Assembly (NCBI RefSeq): GCF_004010195.1
Contig: NC_057719.1
Location: 51,528,920 to 51,592,919, forward strand
Reading direction: 5' to 3'
Source: Chiloscyllium plagiosum
Lineage: Eukaryota
Length of the DNA stretch: 64,000 nucleotides
Shown: positions 39,801 through 54,748 of the stretch, one piece after another
How positions within the stretch are numbered: the stretch's first letter is position 1
Layout of the letters: each line of letters begins with the position of its first letter
Notes under the pieces: generated by a model
What the model was told of the DNA's origin: nothing
Database searches by the model: none
What the model saw: the letters and a program-made list of their open reading frames with translations, nothing else
Program-made: the position numbers and the translations under genes

Positions 39801-41909
39801 TAATTCTGGATTAAACTAGAGTCAAATCACTGTTCAAAATTTGAAGAGTTTTTAGAAAGTTTTGCCTCAAACTCATTTAGATTTATTGTTATTACATTGG
39901 ACTTTGCAAAGTGGCTTTGAAATACTTTATGTAACTTTCACTGAGAACGCATGCATTTTGGTTCTGTTGACTTGATTTGGAAACACTGGATGGAATTGAA
40001 GTTTATTATTGTACTAAACTTGTTCAGGGGTCTCTGAGTACTTATAATGCAAGAATGACAACTGTTCAGTGTGACAACATGATCAGACTGTCAGCAGAAC
40101 AGGTTGCATATATAGTAATAAAATGGAAAAGAGAACATATTTAAAAATTTAGTTTGTTCATGCTCATAGTTCACCACACAATTCAGAGAATACTATTTCA
40201 AAGTCTGCTTCTCTGTGCAAAGACCTTTTGTAAGATAATGATGCACACAACCTTGTTCATGGGAAGTAGTGGGATATGGAAAATAATCAATTACAGGAAG
40301 GATATAATTCATGAGCTTGAACAGTAAACAAGTTGCATACTTCCTGTTGGTAGAACATAACACATTTTGGTGCCATTTGTGTGTGGTGGTTCTGATTTCT
40401 GGTGTCAGTAAAAGTGTAACTTGAAGTTTGGTCCAATCTGACTAGATGCTGCTTCTCATTTTCAATCCACAGTATTAAGCCCAATTCAGCTTTATTAAAG
40501 TGTCTTAAGCTCAACTTTCTAAACTTTTTTTTTGTTCTAACGTTTAATCAAGCAACATCCTTTCCTTGCATTTTCAAGACTGCTTGTCAGGACCTGAATT
40601 GTATAATTGCAGAGCCCTCTACAGACAGCAAAAGCACAATTCAATATCACTCAGTAGTAGGGAACTTATATCAGTGTATTCCATAGCTCCGGATAAGTAA
40701 TGTAGTAAAATTTACACAGATTAGTGAATAACTCTTTATATTTGGTTTGCTACATTTTATCGCTATGCGGAATGATAGAATTCATATTATACTTCCCATA
40801 GTATAGATACTTATTTGGCCTTGCACCAGTATTCTGTTGAAAATTTGAAGTCTTGGAATCTGGCAGAATTGTGCTAAGTATGACTATCTGTGGCTCTCCA
40901 GTTAAACTGCTCAAGTGATTGGTGCCAAAATACAACAATATTTCAAATTTGTAAAGGATTTTCTTTTTTTTAAGATTTGTAGTGATTGATGAGTAGAATC
41001 TTAGCGGTAGGGAGAGTTTTGGATTAGCTGAATTTGTAGGATGAACTGTGAAATCAGCTAAGAGGAAAAAGGAGTAATTGAATTTAGAATTTACAGTGTG
41101 TTTGAAAGTTTTGTTTGCCTGATGAATTAGAGTGTGCAGTTTTTATCTGATCTTAGCAGAGGGTATGGAGACGTAAACTCACCTTTAATGTTAAATATTT
41201 GTATGGAGGTTGTACAAAAACTTTTTCGGTTCAATCTGAGTTGGTTATCTGAGAAGGGCTTGGTGGTAAAAGAGTAGAGTTTATGATGTGAATAAAAATA
41301 ATGAATTCAATCTTTCTAAAGGTTAATAATTAGAGAAGGTAAAGACTGTCAAAGTTGCAGAAAAAGCAGGGATTGAATGAATTGATAGTGAAGTACAGCT
41401 AGGAATTAAAACATGCAATGATACTGATTGTGTACCTATCACTGTTTACAAAGGATGATATGCAGATAAAGATGAGGGGACCAGCAATTAATAATGGACA
41501 TTATTTTGAGAAATTGGGTGTTATGGATATGATTGGATTAATTAAATTAGTATTAATAAGGTGAGTCTCATTGAGCAGGGCAAAGGAAAACATTGGAATA
41601 TGATATGGATAGAGCAGACAAGGTAGTATTTTTGTTTCACAGTCGAGGTATCTTTACATGACCCAGTTACAGCATTAATGTCATATGACGTTTGATCAAC
41701 TTATCATATCTCTTGTTTTGGCCCGTAACTTCAAGCTGAGAATAAGATTGAGGTATTTCTGTCAGTAATGTAAAACAAGCACTTTTTTTTTTACTGAATA
41801 ATTTGTTGTTCAAAACATTTTGAAGGGCACTTGTCGGCAGAGGAGATTTGTCTTCATGTTAATATGCATTGCAGTGGGCATCTACCTTATATGAAATTGG
41901 CCTATTGTA

Positions 41910-42332
41910 ATAGGCTGAACAGGCTAGGGCTGTTTTCCCTGGAGAGTCGGAGACTGAGGGGTGACCTTATAGAACTTTACAAAATTGAGGGGTGTGGATA
42001 GGGTAAATTGGCAATGTCTTTTCCCTGGGGTAGGGGAGTCCAGAACTAGAGGGCATAGGTTTAGGGTGAGAGGGAAAGATATAAAAGAGACCTACAGGGC
42101 AACTTTTTCCACGCAGAGGGTGGTACATGTATGGAATGAGCTGCCAGAGAATGTGGTATAGGCTGGTACAACTGCAACATTTAAAAGGCATTTGGATGGG
42201 TATATGAATAGGAAGGGTTTGGAGGGATATGGGCTGGGTGCTGGCAGGTGGGACTAGATTGGGTTGGGATATCGGGTTGGCATGGGCAGCTTGGACAAAA
42301 GGGTCTGTTTCCATGCTGTACATCTCTATATC
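41910..42332 (+). mobile_element. CR1 3' fragment
   Basis: Closely matches 12548-12975. Confidence 0.92.
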
Positions 42333-42344
42333 TTTGAGCACTTT

Positions 42345-44520
42345 TATATTTTTGTTTATTTGTTCATGGGATGTCCCTAATTGCCGTTGAGAAGCAGGTG
42401 GTGAACCTTGAACTGCCATGATTCAGATATGCTTACAATGCTATAAGAGGGAGTTCTAGAAATTTGATCCAGCAACAGTAAAGAATAATGATATATTTCC
42501 AAGTGAGGAAGGTTTGTGGCTTGAATTCCTATTCCAATTCATACCTCCTTATGTAGTCCAGACCCAGGGGTTTGGAAGATGTAGTCGAAGAAGCTGCAGA
42601 ACATCTTTATAGATAGTGTACACTGTCACTGGTGGTGTGGGGATTGAATGTTTATTGTGCTGGATGCAGTACTAATTGTATTTAGTATCTTTTTATTTAA
42701 AGCAATATTAAGTGATAAGCAGTTTGAAGTGTTCAAAACAAGTGAGTTGATTATCCTTGATAATGTCCTAGTTCTTGAGTCACGGCTGAAAGTGCAGAAA
42801 ATTCCTTGATGCTGTTGACTTCTCTTCATTTTCGATGGAAGGCAGGGTGAAGGGTCAGTGGGAAGCTCTTTTCAGAATTCCCAACATCCGACCTGTCTGT
42901 AGCCACAGTACTTAATGACTGATCCAATTAAGCTTATGGGCTTTGGTAACCAGTAGGATGTTTACAGCAGGGAATTTCATCTGTGATAATTGTTTCATGT
43001 AAATAGCAGGTGGTTAGATTCTCCATTGTTGGAAATGCTTGTTTCTTGGCACTTTTATGGTGTGAATACACTGCCTACTATCAGTTCAAGTCAGAATATG
43101 GTCCAGGTCTTGTTGCATGTGGTCACAAATTGCTTCATGATCTGAAATTGTGAATGGCAACACAAATCATTAGCGAGCATCATTTACATCTGACTTTAAT
43201 TGGCTGAAACAGCGTTGGATACTGTCTTGAGAAACCTCGGGCTCTGTGGTACAATGTTAGTGTACGAGGCAGTTCTAAGAGGCCCATGTTTACGTCCCAC
43301 CTGCTCCAGAGGTAAAATCATAGAATCTGTACAGTGCAGAAAGAAGCCATCAAGTCTGTACCACCACTCCGAAGAAGTCCCACCCTGACCAAGCACCCTA
43401 CCCTGCTCTGTAACACCATATTTAGCTTCGTCAATCCAGCTAACTTTCTGGAATGTGGGAGGAAAACTGGCAGCAATCCACACACGCTGGGACAACGTGT
43501 AAACTCCACACAGACATTTGCCTGAGGGTGGAATCGAATCCAAGTTCCTGGTGCTGAGGCAGCGGTGCTGCCCTGTAAATATATAATAACATTGCTGAAC
43601 AAGTTAGTTAGAATCTCTGTCCTAAGGAATCTAGATGTCCTGGGATCAAAATGTTTGGTCTCCAACAAGCAGAACTGTCTTCCTTTGTGTGAGGGAAGTT
43701 TTCCATCTGATTTTTTAATTTTATTTTTGCCTTCAATCTACTAAATTTCCTTGATGCCACGCTCTGTCAAATGCTGTCTTGGAAGTCAGCATTATCAGCT
43801 TATCTCTAAAATTCAATTCTTCGGTCCATATTGAGAGTAGACAGATACACTAATTAGCTTTTTCTACATTTTGTGGATCGTGCATGCCTGGATACTGATA
43901 TTGTTGGTTCGGTGCACTGGAGCACATTGACCAATGAAAGTCTTTGTTTAGTTCTAGAACTAAAGGTCTTCAGCACTAAAACTGAAAGTTGTTGGTGTCT
44001 TTAGCCTTTATTATATCCAAAGTGCTCAAACCATTTTTCTATCTAGTATACTGAATTGGCTGAAGGAGTATTTATTGTACTCTGGATCTCTAGGGGAGTG
44101 GTGTACATAATCTGTATGGTATCTCTGACTGAAAATGTTGCAAAATCTTCAGTCATGTATTTTGTGCACTCATGTTGGATTCTGGCACTTTGAGAATTGG
44201 AATTTACGTAGAGCTTGTTCATCCAGAATGCACCACTGCCTTTAGGGACTAGATACAACAGGACTGCAGAGCTTTGATCTTATCTGTTGGTGGCTGCATA
44301 TCTTCGTAGAAGCAGCATTCTGCAGGCAGTGCTTAGCATGCAATTTGTTCAACTGTAGCTTCACCAGGTTGGCACCTCATTTTCATGAAGCATTGCTGTT
44401 GGCATGCTCTGTCTCAATCCATTTTTGACCCTGCCCTGCTGCTAATGGTACAGTGAAGATTGTGCTGGACCATGGATTACAGATTGTTAACTTACAATCC
44501 TCTGGGACCATTCTAGAGTG
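42345..44520 (-). mobile_element. Old degenerate LINE (CR1/L2 group) relic
   Basis: Starts with the reverse complement of the 3' end family seen at 31275-31345 and is similar to 32400-33440. No readable ORF. Confidence 0.5.
43315..43575 (-). mobile_element. HE1-type SINE
   Basis: Reverse complement of the V-SINE core (aaactccacacagac) and tRNA head (ggtgctgaggcagcggtgct). Confidence 0.8.
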
Positions 44521-44569
44521 TTTTGTAATTTTGAAAAATTATACTCTTCACATCCTCCATCTTTGCAGC

Positions 44570-44765
44570 TGAAAGGTAAAGTCTCTATAGTCATAGCAGC
44601 CCTATGGACTGGTCTCTTAGATGATTTGTGGTTGTTTAGCCTGAGGATAGGGCTGCAAAGGCAAGACCTTCATGGTGACCTAAATCAGTGCAGATGTTGA
44701 ATCTGTGCTGTTGGCATCACACTCCATTGCAAACTAGCTGCCCAGTCAATGGAGCTAGCTGTTTC
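44570..44765 (-). mobile_element. tRNA-derived SINE (same family as 54555-54748)
   Basis: Reverse-complement similarity to the plus-strand copy at 54555. Confidence 0.6.
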
Positions 44766-47700
44766 CTTTCAGAATCCTGGGATATAGGTCATCAACTATT
44801 AGCATCAACTATTAGATACTGAGTACCTTGAAATAAATTGGTTTCCAACACCAATTTTCCTCAATTAGGTTATTGGATTAAAATGTATTAAAACTAAACA
44901 CAGAAATGCCCCTTCAAAAATAGGGGCGAGCTGGAACTCTGCAGTTGAACCAGCAAATGCTGAAATTTGTTCTATAAAAAATCAATTTCTCCTCTTTCAG
45001 ATGCTGACTTGAAGCCAAATTAAATAATATTTAGTTTTTTTTGTCCAGTAAAATTGAGCTCCAAATAGAACCTTGACACAGAGTCCCTCAAAGCATAACC
45101 ATACCCTGACCAAAATGATATTAGAGATAAAATGTGTATATGTTTCTAATGAAGGACAGTTGCTGTAAGTTTCCATTTTTTTGTTACTGGATAAGCATGA
45201 ACTAGTTGAGATTTAACCCTTTTTATAGAATCATTGGAAGGAATGATTTTTTTTCCTTTAATCTTTGAATTGAGTCTTTAAATTCAAGAACATTTGTTTT
45301 AGTCAAAAAACAAATTGTTTGGAATATTGTTCGCACAACCACTAAATTGTTACAGTGCAGCAGGAGGTTACTTGAGTCTGCACTGGCTCTTGGAACAGAG
45401 ATTTACTCATTCAGTTCTTCTCCCTTCTCCCCTGCATATCCTTCCTTTCTAGATAAGTTTCCTACCCTTTGAATACTTTAATTGAAACTGCATCCTCCAC
45501 CATCTCAGGCAGTACGTTCCGGACTTTTAAACACTTCCGTGCAGCAAGTTTTTCTTTTGCTGCTTTTGTCAATCACCTTCTGTAAGCAGTTAATGAATTA
45601 GACAAGCATTTACAATAGACCATACATCAATGAATGATTTTATGCTAAGTACAATATACAGTTATTAAACATGAATAACTACTGTAATCACTGAAATTTA
45701 GAATAATTTCTATTAATGTTTGGGGGGAAATAAAGGTACTTATCTCCCATTTCTACTGCAAATATCTAGTTTGTGTGTTTAGTAGATATTAAAATTTCAT
45801 TTCTAAAAATTAAAATGGGAGGAAATTGAATAAATGCAATTGAAGCATTTTGAAGTATATTGCCCTTCAAAAGTTGATTTGGGATTAGCAGCTAGAAAGG
45901 TAAGAGCAAGCTCATCTGTCTTGAGCTGGAGATGTCTAAACTACTTGCAATAAGGCCAGTCCTGAAAGATTGCTTTTCATTTTGGGAATTAAAACTGAAT
46001 TCATTAAAATTGTTTTATGAACTTAGAGGCATTTAAAACCCACTTATTTCATCAGATTGAAAAAGAAATTGTTAATAAGCTAAAAGTCAAGCTCAGAGTC
46101 GGCTACATCATCATGGAGATAGGTGGAACTTAAGGTTATCTCATTTCAATTTAAATGTTATCCGGGAGAGGAGGTAACATCAGCTGAAAGGAGAGTGTAT
46201 TGAAACAAGATGGCTGCTTCAGGCAGAACAAATGCTACTGTTAGCAAACTCCAAGCAGTTAAGGTTCAGGCTAAATTCTAAATTAGGGTGAATCCATGCT
46301 ATGGATAAAGCCTCGGACTAATAAGAAACCTTGAGAGCCATTGATAGTTTAGCATAGCCATAAGTGGGGTGAAAGAAGCCCATAGCAATATTTGTTTATG
46401 CAGTTCAGAAATTCAGCAGCTTGTTGACGCTAGTATGATTTTTTTAAAATTAGAAATGGAATTGTCATGCTAATTAGACACTTGGGAGCTGTTTCAGTTC
46501 AGGAGGGAACAGTTGTTGAGACAGTCAGAGTGCATGGTTTTGACACTGGATTCTGAACTTATCCCAGTCTTTGGGACTAACACTGACTCTGCCCTCTTTT
46601 ATATACTTTGTTTTCCCTTTCAACTTAATACTCTCCTTAACCTCCTTGGTTAATCATGGGTTGATTTATCCCCCTCAGAATTGCTCTTCCTCACTGGAAT
46701 GTATTTTTGCTAAGAGTCATGAGTTACCTCCTTAAATGTCTGCCACTGCCTGCCTTACCGTCTTGCCTGCAAATCTGTCTGTTGTTGAGACAGCCTCAGT
46801 GCATGGTTTTGATGCTGTTCTAAGGCCAGATCGTTTTACAGTGAAAAGTTGGAACTTCCTTGCAAAGGTACTGGAGCTTTAGTGAGAAGTGTCAGGATTT
46901 ATCTTGGTTACAATAAAATGCATTGAGAATTTCATTCACCATTCATCTGTTAATTCTTATTTACCTAAATTTAAATCCTGAATGTTAGAATCTAAATTTG
47001 GTTAGTTTAGAATCATTATCTTGCATGTTCAGTATAGCAATTTAGTCATTGTATTTGTTAATTTGGCAAACTTGAATAATAGCATTTTTGTCACTTCAAT
47101 TCAATTCTTGAATCCTGCCTGTCATTTTCTTACCCATTTTCTTCAAAGCATTCTATTGTTAAAAAGAATACCTATCAAACCAGTTCATAACAAAGTTCTG
47201 GTTTATCCAGTATAGGCACAACTAGGATCACACCTCGATTAGATTTCTTAGTGACATGTCTCATTGTGTCCTTGGAATGAGAAACATGACATTGGTTTAT
47301 ATCATGAATTTTCTATGATCATTTGTAGTAACTCATTGGTGGTTAATCACTCTCTTTTTGGGGTGGGGGAAACCACTTCCAATGTTAGGCAATGAGGAAT
47401 GAGCACTAATTCAGTAGTAAAGTTTTACATGACTCTCAGAAATCTAATGGCAGGATACTGCATTATTCAGGAAACAGAATAAAATATTAAAACTTTTAGA
47501 GAGCATTAGAAATAACTTTCAAGAGCAATGTACCATGGGGCCAGGCAGGGAGCAAGTTAGCTTGGAGCTGCTAATGGTAATGAGGGAGGTTAAATTACTG
47601 CTGAGTAAAAGATTACCAACAAAGTAGTGATCATAACATCATAGACTTAAATATTCAGTTTGAAAGTGAGAAATTTTGGTCAAAAATAATTGCGCTTAAC

Positions 47701-48629
47701 TTAAAGCGAATTACAATGGAATGAAGGTAGGGTGGATAGATTAGCAGGCAAGATATTTTTCCAGGAAATTAGAAGCTGGGATACTGAAATATTCCAACAG
47801 TGGAGAAAAAGACAGTCTTGATTTAGCTTCATGTCAATTTTATATACTTTATTTATGCAACAGCTCTGAAGAGACTTTTATTTATAATTACCACAATGTG
47901 TTTTTGGGCACGTTTTTGAGGACTTGAGTTCAAGACTGCTTTTTTGGAGCTTAATATTACAGCCAATCAATTTAAAATCCAATGTTGTGGTGGATGTTTA
48001 GTCAAGAGCACATATGAAGGAAATAATACTGTGATCAAAATAAATAAAAGTATGGTTCTATGAATTCTTGTTTACAGTTTAATTTTACTTGTTAAAATAA
48101 CAACAAAGGATCGGTGTTACGAAGTAATGATTGATTTGAAAATGCCTCTTAAGGGATATCTTTTCAATTTTTTTTGATGTGTGTTAAACTAATTTTGCAG
48201 TTTAGATCATTTTAAAAATAAACAAATAGTTAAGGTTTAGTACTTTGGTGGCTCTTCAAAAAAGATCAGTCATTCTGTGATCTCGGTGCACCAGTTCCAA
48301 GAAGATCTATGATGCAATCAAGTGCTGAGGTTAATGGGTTAAGAAGTTTATATTTTTGGGTTTATCACTGTGTAACCATGTTAAGCCATTAGTTTTGACA
48401 TGTGTTCAGTTCAGAAAATGCCAAACTTTAGTTGTGAAGAGTTAAATTCAAAAGCAAGTATTTATTTCTTTCCTTGTAGGTTTTAGTTCTTTTCAGAAGA
48501 AAGCAAAAGCAGTTTTTATTCCCTCTGTCTAGTGTGAAGTTTCCAAGTTAGGAGAGTTTGGTATACAACAGTCTTCAGGTTAGAATTGAGAAAGTTTTTT
48601 AATTCGGGCTGTTGTCAGGTTTGGACGAA

Positions 48630-49047
48630 AAGGGGAGAGGTTGAACAGGCTAGGGCTGTTTTCCCTGGAGCATCGGAGGCTGAGGGGTGACCTTATAGAG
48701 GTTTATAAAATCGTGAGGGGCATGGATAGGATAAATATGATAAATTCCCCTGGGGTGTGGGAGTCCAGAACTAGAGGGCATAGGGTTAGGGTGAGAGGGG
48801 AAAAATATAAAAGAAACCTAAGGGCAACCTTTTCAAACGTGTGTATGGAATGAGCTGCCAGAGGAAGTGGTGGAGGCTACTACAATTGCAACATTTAAAA
48901 GCATCTGGATGAGTACTTGAATAGGAAGGGTTTGTTGGGATATGGGCCGGGTGCTGGCAGGTGGGACTAGATTGGGGTGAGATATCTGGACAGCATGGAC
49001 GAGTTGGACCAAAGGGTCTCTTTCCGTGCTGTACATCTCTATGACTC
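48630..49047 (+). mobile_element. CR1 3' fragment
   Basis: LNRLGLFSLEHRRLRGDLIEVYKI plus 3'UTR and tail. Confidence 0.92.
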
Positions 49048-50189
49048 AGGTAAATTTGTCCCCATAATTCAGGAAAGAGAAACTGGAAGTAGTTAAGTAA
49101 AAGCAGTATGGAGGTTGAGATCTGAGAGTGGAGTTTAATTTTTCTGCATTGAATGTTGAGAACAGTTTGAAATTCTTGCTGTTTGTTTCAACTGTAACAG
49201 GTTTGTTTGTTTTTTGTGTATTAAGTTTGTGTTTTGTTAACATCTGCAGCCTTGTGTGACCAATTACTACATTAAATATCTAAATAAAATTTAAACCTAC
49301 TTATTAAGCCACATTTCATTCTTTGGTTAGCAAGTTCACAGAGTATTCAACTTGTCTGTTATGTTTAACCTTCAAGTGTATTAGAAAGTGACAATAAGGC
49401 TTGTCCAAACTGATTTGAATATAATGGATGATGATTTGAGATTTGTTTCCACTTGTAGTTGAGTTTTATGCAAACACTGGAAATGCCATGTATTTTAAAA
49501 ATCACCAACCTGTTTTCTTTTTTAAGCCCTGAAGTACATCACTCCATTATTTAACAACCTAATAGACAGTCATGATCAAAACAGCATTTATGCAGCAAAA
49601 TCATATTCGCAATAGATTTTAATTGGGGACTGTTGTATAGTTAACTGTTCTGTTGAGGAAATGGCAGAACTGTGTAACTGTTACAGGAAAATATTGTATA
49701 GTGTAAATAATAGCATAAATTAAATTGAGCTGTAATTTCTTGGGGTTAGTACAAGTCGTTTGAAAATCTGTGGACCCTTGTGGTCTCTTCATTTTGGTCA
49801 ATGCATTCATGGCAATAATTCATTTTTTTGATGTCATGGTTACTATAGGAGTTTAATTTTGCAAGGCAAATTTTACTGTTTCATATGATATGGAGAAAGG
49901 AGGCTATTTTGGTCCAGTAGGAATGTCCATACCTCTGAGTTAGAGGCCTGGGTTCAAGTACCACCTGTAGGGTGTATGCAACTCTACAGGTTCATTAGAA
50001 AATATGGATGTCCATCCTGTAGTTGGTCCTAGTGTAGATGCCTGACATTTTTTCATAGAATACAATATTCTATGCTGACCTTTTTGTTAGTGTTTCGTTA
50101 CTAGACTTGGTTTCCTTTTCAGAAGTGAGTGAGTGATGACGAAGTTGGTCAGTTAATCTTTGTTTTTCTTCTGTCCAGACTCAAACTAT

Positions 50190-50510
50190 TTTTTTTTTCT
50201 TTCGCCATATGTGAACATTGCTAACAAGGCCAGCATTTGTTGTCCTTGAATGGAATTACTTGCTTAGATAATTGAGAGTCAACCCTGTTGGTGTGGTTCT
50301 GGATGATGCTCAAATAAGGATGGCAGATAATCTTCCCTTTAAGGACATTAGTGAACCAACAGATTTTTACGACAATTGATTGTTGTCATGGTTACCATTA
50401 CTGATACTAGTTTTATGTTCTAGATGTATTGCCATCATAGGATTTATATCTATCTCTATAGCAATAATTAACCTGGACCTCTGGATTTTCAGTCCAGTGG
50501 CATTACCCCC
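50190..50510 (-). mobile_element. tRNA-derived SINE relic
   Basis: T-tract, then aaggccagcattt.., aaggacattagtgaacca.. and cctggacctctggatt. Shares its 3' end with 31275-31345. Confidence 0.6.
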
Positions 50511-51528
50511 CCATCTTCCTTTTGCGCAGTTCCTGGTAATACAGTATTTGTTTTTATAACTGCTGATTTCTTTTGATTGGTGTGAAGTCATATTTTGTTC
50601 TTTTAATTCTTAAGAAAATTGTAACGTAGTGCTCAGCATTCTGATCGATTAGTCTGTCTTAATTATCATGTTTTGGGTTCAAAAAGACTTGACGGACAAG
50701 AGGCAGCAATGTTTTAATGTTAGTAAGTTTTGCAAAGAAAACTTGAGTTTCTAGTCATTTCCAATTGTTTTCAATGTGTACTTGACCAGAAGTGCTATAA
50801 TGTCGTCTGGAGTAATTAGTACATCAATACTAATTACTGTAATATTTGGGAAATTCTTTATTAGATTGTAGAAATTATAAGATTCAATTTTCACTATAGC
50901 ATTCAGTATTGTTTCTGCCTCCTCGTTATGTGAAAAGTGTTGAAGGTAATGTTTTCCAGAGGAAAAGTCACAAACTAAAACAGTGATTACTGCTTAGTAC
51001 TTTGTAAAAATTGTTCAGCTTGGTTCCCCAAGCATTGTCATGGAGTATTAAAATAGGGTTTGTGCTTCAGATACTGATCTGCACCATGGTTTTTATCAAA
51101 GATGGTTAGAAATTATTTTGTTCATCAACCCACTTCTGAAATGGTTTGATGGATTGATCATTAAACCTTTTGTGCAGTTTAGTATATAATGCAGTTTCCA
51201 ACCTTGTGCACCAGATTATGGCATAACTCTATTGAGCTTTGCTGTTCTGTCTAAACTATCGAGGATTATCCTGGAAGCAAGGACACATTTTTTTCTCTCT
51301 ACATACACCTAACTTGTGGACTAATATAATCTTTTGGCTGGATGCCAACTTTAGTCTGTTTATCCTTCTGAACAGCCCTTCTGTTTCTTGTACATTAGTT
51401 GTGCTACATAAATGCAAGTTGATCCCTTTAGATAGAGACTAAAATCAGTCAGCAATATAAACACAGATGGGCACGAAGCAAAGCACCACAGCATCCAATG
51501 TGTTTTACTCTTAAATATAAAAGCGCCA

Positions 51529-52279
51529 CGCTGAGCTGTAGGTTTGATATCCAGACGTTTCATTACCTCTTTCTCCTGGATGGGGTTCCTGGGGTTTGTG
51601 GTGATGTCATTTCCTGTTTGTTTTCTGAGGGGTTGATAGATGGCATCTAGATCTATGTGTTTGTTTTATGGCGTTGTGGTTGGAGTGCCAGGCCTCTAGG
51701 AATTCTCTGGCATGCCTTTGCTTAGCCTGCCTTTCATCCGTGTGTAGGGCTACGAGGGAGAGAGGGTCGTGTCTTTTTGTGGTTAGCTGGTGTTCGTGTA
51801 TCCTGGTGGCTAACTTTCTTCCTGTTTGTCCTACGTAGTGTTCGTGGCAGTCTTTGCATGGTATTTTGTAGATGACGTTGGTTTTGTCCATGGGTTGTAC
51901 TGGGTCTTTTAAGTTTTAGTTTTTGTTTGAGAATGTTGGTGGGTTTGTGTGCTACTAGGATTCCTGGGACAGGCTAAGCAAAGACATGCCAGAGAATTCC
52001 TAGAGGTCTGGCACTCCAACCACAACGCCATAAACAAACACATAGATCTAGATGCCATCTATCAACCCCTCCGAAAACAAACAGGAAATGACATCACCAC
52101 AAACCCCAGGAACCCCATCCAGGAGAAAGATATAAATAGAAAGCAGGAGACAACAGCTTCGCTTCACTTGGAGATCGCCACTGTTACCTAGCCAGATAAT
52201 GAAACGTCTGGATATCAAACTTACAGCTCAGCAAGCAAATCTACATCCTAAACCTCAACCTGAGCTACAAACCTTGCAC
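51529..52279 (-). mobile_element. Penelope-like element, GIY-YIG end with inverted duplication
   Basis: NVIYKIPCKDCHEHYVGQTGRKLATRIHEH is a GIY-YIG motif. 51968-52230 is an inverted copy of 51530-51730. TSD aaaagcgcca (51519-51528) / aaaagcacca (52280-52289). Confidence 0.92.
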
Positions 52280-52291
52280 AAAAGCACCAAG

Positions 52292-52860
52292 ATTTGATTT
52301 GGTTTATTTTTATCACATGTCCCTAGGTACAGTGAAAAGTTTTGTTTTGTGTGTGGTTGAGGCAGATCATATCATGCAAGTGCATTAAGGGTAATAGAAC
52401 ATAGTGAGGAATACAATATTACAGCTGCACACATGGCACAAAGTGAGATTAACGTTTATAAATTTAAATTTCGAGAAGTCCATTCAGATATCTAACAGCA
52501 AGGAAGAAGCTGTTCTTGAGTCTGGCATGTCTGTTTAAGCTTTGTATCTTCTGCCCAGTGGAAGAGGTTAGAAGAGAGAACCAGAGTTCTCTAATTATGT
52601 TGGTTAGCTTCCTGATGCAACGAGAAGTGCAGATGGAGTCTATGGATAGAAGGTTGGCTTGTGTGATGGACTGGACTGTGTTCACAACTCTTTGTAGTTT
52701 CTTATGGTCCTGGGCAGGCAAGCCGTGATGCATCCGGTTGTAATATTTCTATGGTGCATCTATTAAAAATTAGTAAGAGTCTTTACAGGTATTTCCTTTT
52801 TTAACCTCTTGAAGTAGAGGTGGTGTTGTGCTTTCTTGACCGTAGCATCAATGTGGTTGG
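52292..52860 (-). mobile_element. Rex1/Babar LINE 3' fragment
   Basis: QDHKKLQRVVNTVQSIT..ARLKNSFF; similar to 25131-25670. Confidence 0.82.
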
Positions 52861-54554
52861 GCACTATGTGTATTGAATTCAGACTTTGTGCTGAAATGTT
52901 TCCCATTGGCAGAAATGGAAAGCAGCTGTGGCATTCTCACCTCCGAACTAGACCTTATAAAGAAGGAAGTGGAAGGGTAGTCTGAGTTTTGTTAGTCAGG
53001 AATAGTTTTGATCATGTATGCTCGATGAAGTAGTTTTTTGTTATGTAAGCTAAGCTCCTACTTGTGAGATTTAGATATGGCTTTAATTTAGATTAACCTA
53101 GATTTATTGATTGTTGAAAGTTCTCTGCTTAAAGTTGGATTAGGAATGCTTAAACAATTCTATTTCTCATTAGAACTCCCCTTTAGAATGTGATTATGTA
53201 CTATGGTGCTATTAATATAGTTGAGTTTAGTAGGCTGCTGTTTTCTTAAAAAAAACAATTGCTGGTCTATCCACTTGAGGTTTTTTCTTTTAAACTGTAC
53301 AAAACACTTTGCTATCCTCCTTGCACTGTGAGGCATGTGTTAATCTTTTGCTCATTCAAGTGCTTCTTAAGATAATAAGTGGCCTGGTATCTTTGATTTA
53401 TAGTACATTCTGACATAGTTATGACATGCCCTGTTTCAAGGTTGATTAATGTATTAGTAGTTAAAAATATTATTGATTTTAAATGGAACTGGATAGGTTC
53501 TTTGATCTGGTTTGTACTGGAAAGTTTGCTTTTAACTTGACGTTTTAGAACCTGTATAAGTTGCAATAGATGGGTGTAACCAGGAAATTTTCAAAAGTGG
53601 TGCTAACTGAGCTTATAACTAGCAATAAATTGCACTTCAAAGGGGTATTATAGCAAATAATTCTGGTCCTTCAGTTGGTTGTAGTGAGTATAGTTTGCTA
53701 GGGTTTGAGTGAAGATGGAGAAACCTGATGACTTAATATTGGCATTTTAACTATGCCTTTAAGCCTCGCTGAATAGAAAAGGTACTTCTGGTTAAACCTT
53801 TAATAGGTAATTTATTGTAATACGGTATATTCTAAGATTAAAAAACTTTACATATCGATATTCTTTTTAAATTGGATAAATAAAATGATACGCATGTTCT
53901 TGCAGAATGGTGCATCCTTAAGACAGTGATGTTCAAAGCTTAGCTTGGTGTCCCCAAGAGAGAACATGATTTATTGTACCCTATTGTCTTCGTCTTGTAG
54001 CCATGATTGCCAAGGAGTAATCTTATTGCATCAAATTTATCATATTATGAAAATAGACGTACCTACATGAGTATACAGAAACATGCAAAGAAGTGAAGGC
54101 CCTTGATTCTTTTATTTTTCTGTTACTTTTTCATCACACCTTGAGTGCAACTGTTCAGTTTTGACATGAAAATGTAACTGAATATTATGGTACAAAGATC
54201 CTTTTTAAAAATTGTTCCAAATACTGTAAATACTAATTCTTTGAACGTTAAAAAAAAAATGCTGGTTTTATTAACCCACTTTTAATGTGACTAACGTGCT
54301 GTTCAGATTTGTTTTTGGGATGAGGGATTGTTAAAGAATGAGACTTGCTGTTAGAATTGTTCAGAAACAATTCTGCATATGAATGTTTTGGGATAGCTAT
54401 TAAGCATTTCATAATTAAGTTTGGTAAATTTGAGCTGCTTTTAATTTTTTGTATTATCACAAATATAAAATGGGCATAGTTAGTTTGATATTTCATCACT
54501 TATTACTTGTTAACAGGTTTTAAGAGGTTCGGTTCCTGAATATTATGAAAGCAG

Positions 54555-54748
54555 GGAGTTGGTGAGTTCAGTTGGCTGGGTGGCAGGCTTGCGATGATGC
54601 CAACAGTGGGTTCAGTTCTTGCACTAGCTGAGGTTACTGTGAGGAACTCCTCAACCTCTCCGTGTGACCCTCGGGTAAAACCACCAATAGTTGTCTTTGA
54701 GAGAGCAACAATGTGGTCTGGTAGAACAATGGTGAGTCTTTACTTTTT
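54555..54748 (+). mobile_element. tRNA-derived SINE
   Basis: Degenerate A box gagttcagttgg and B box gggttcagttc; ends in ctttactttt. Confidence 0.6.
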
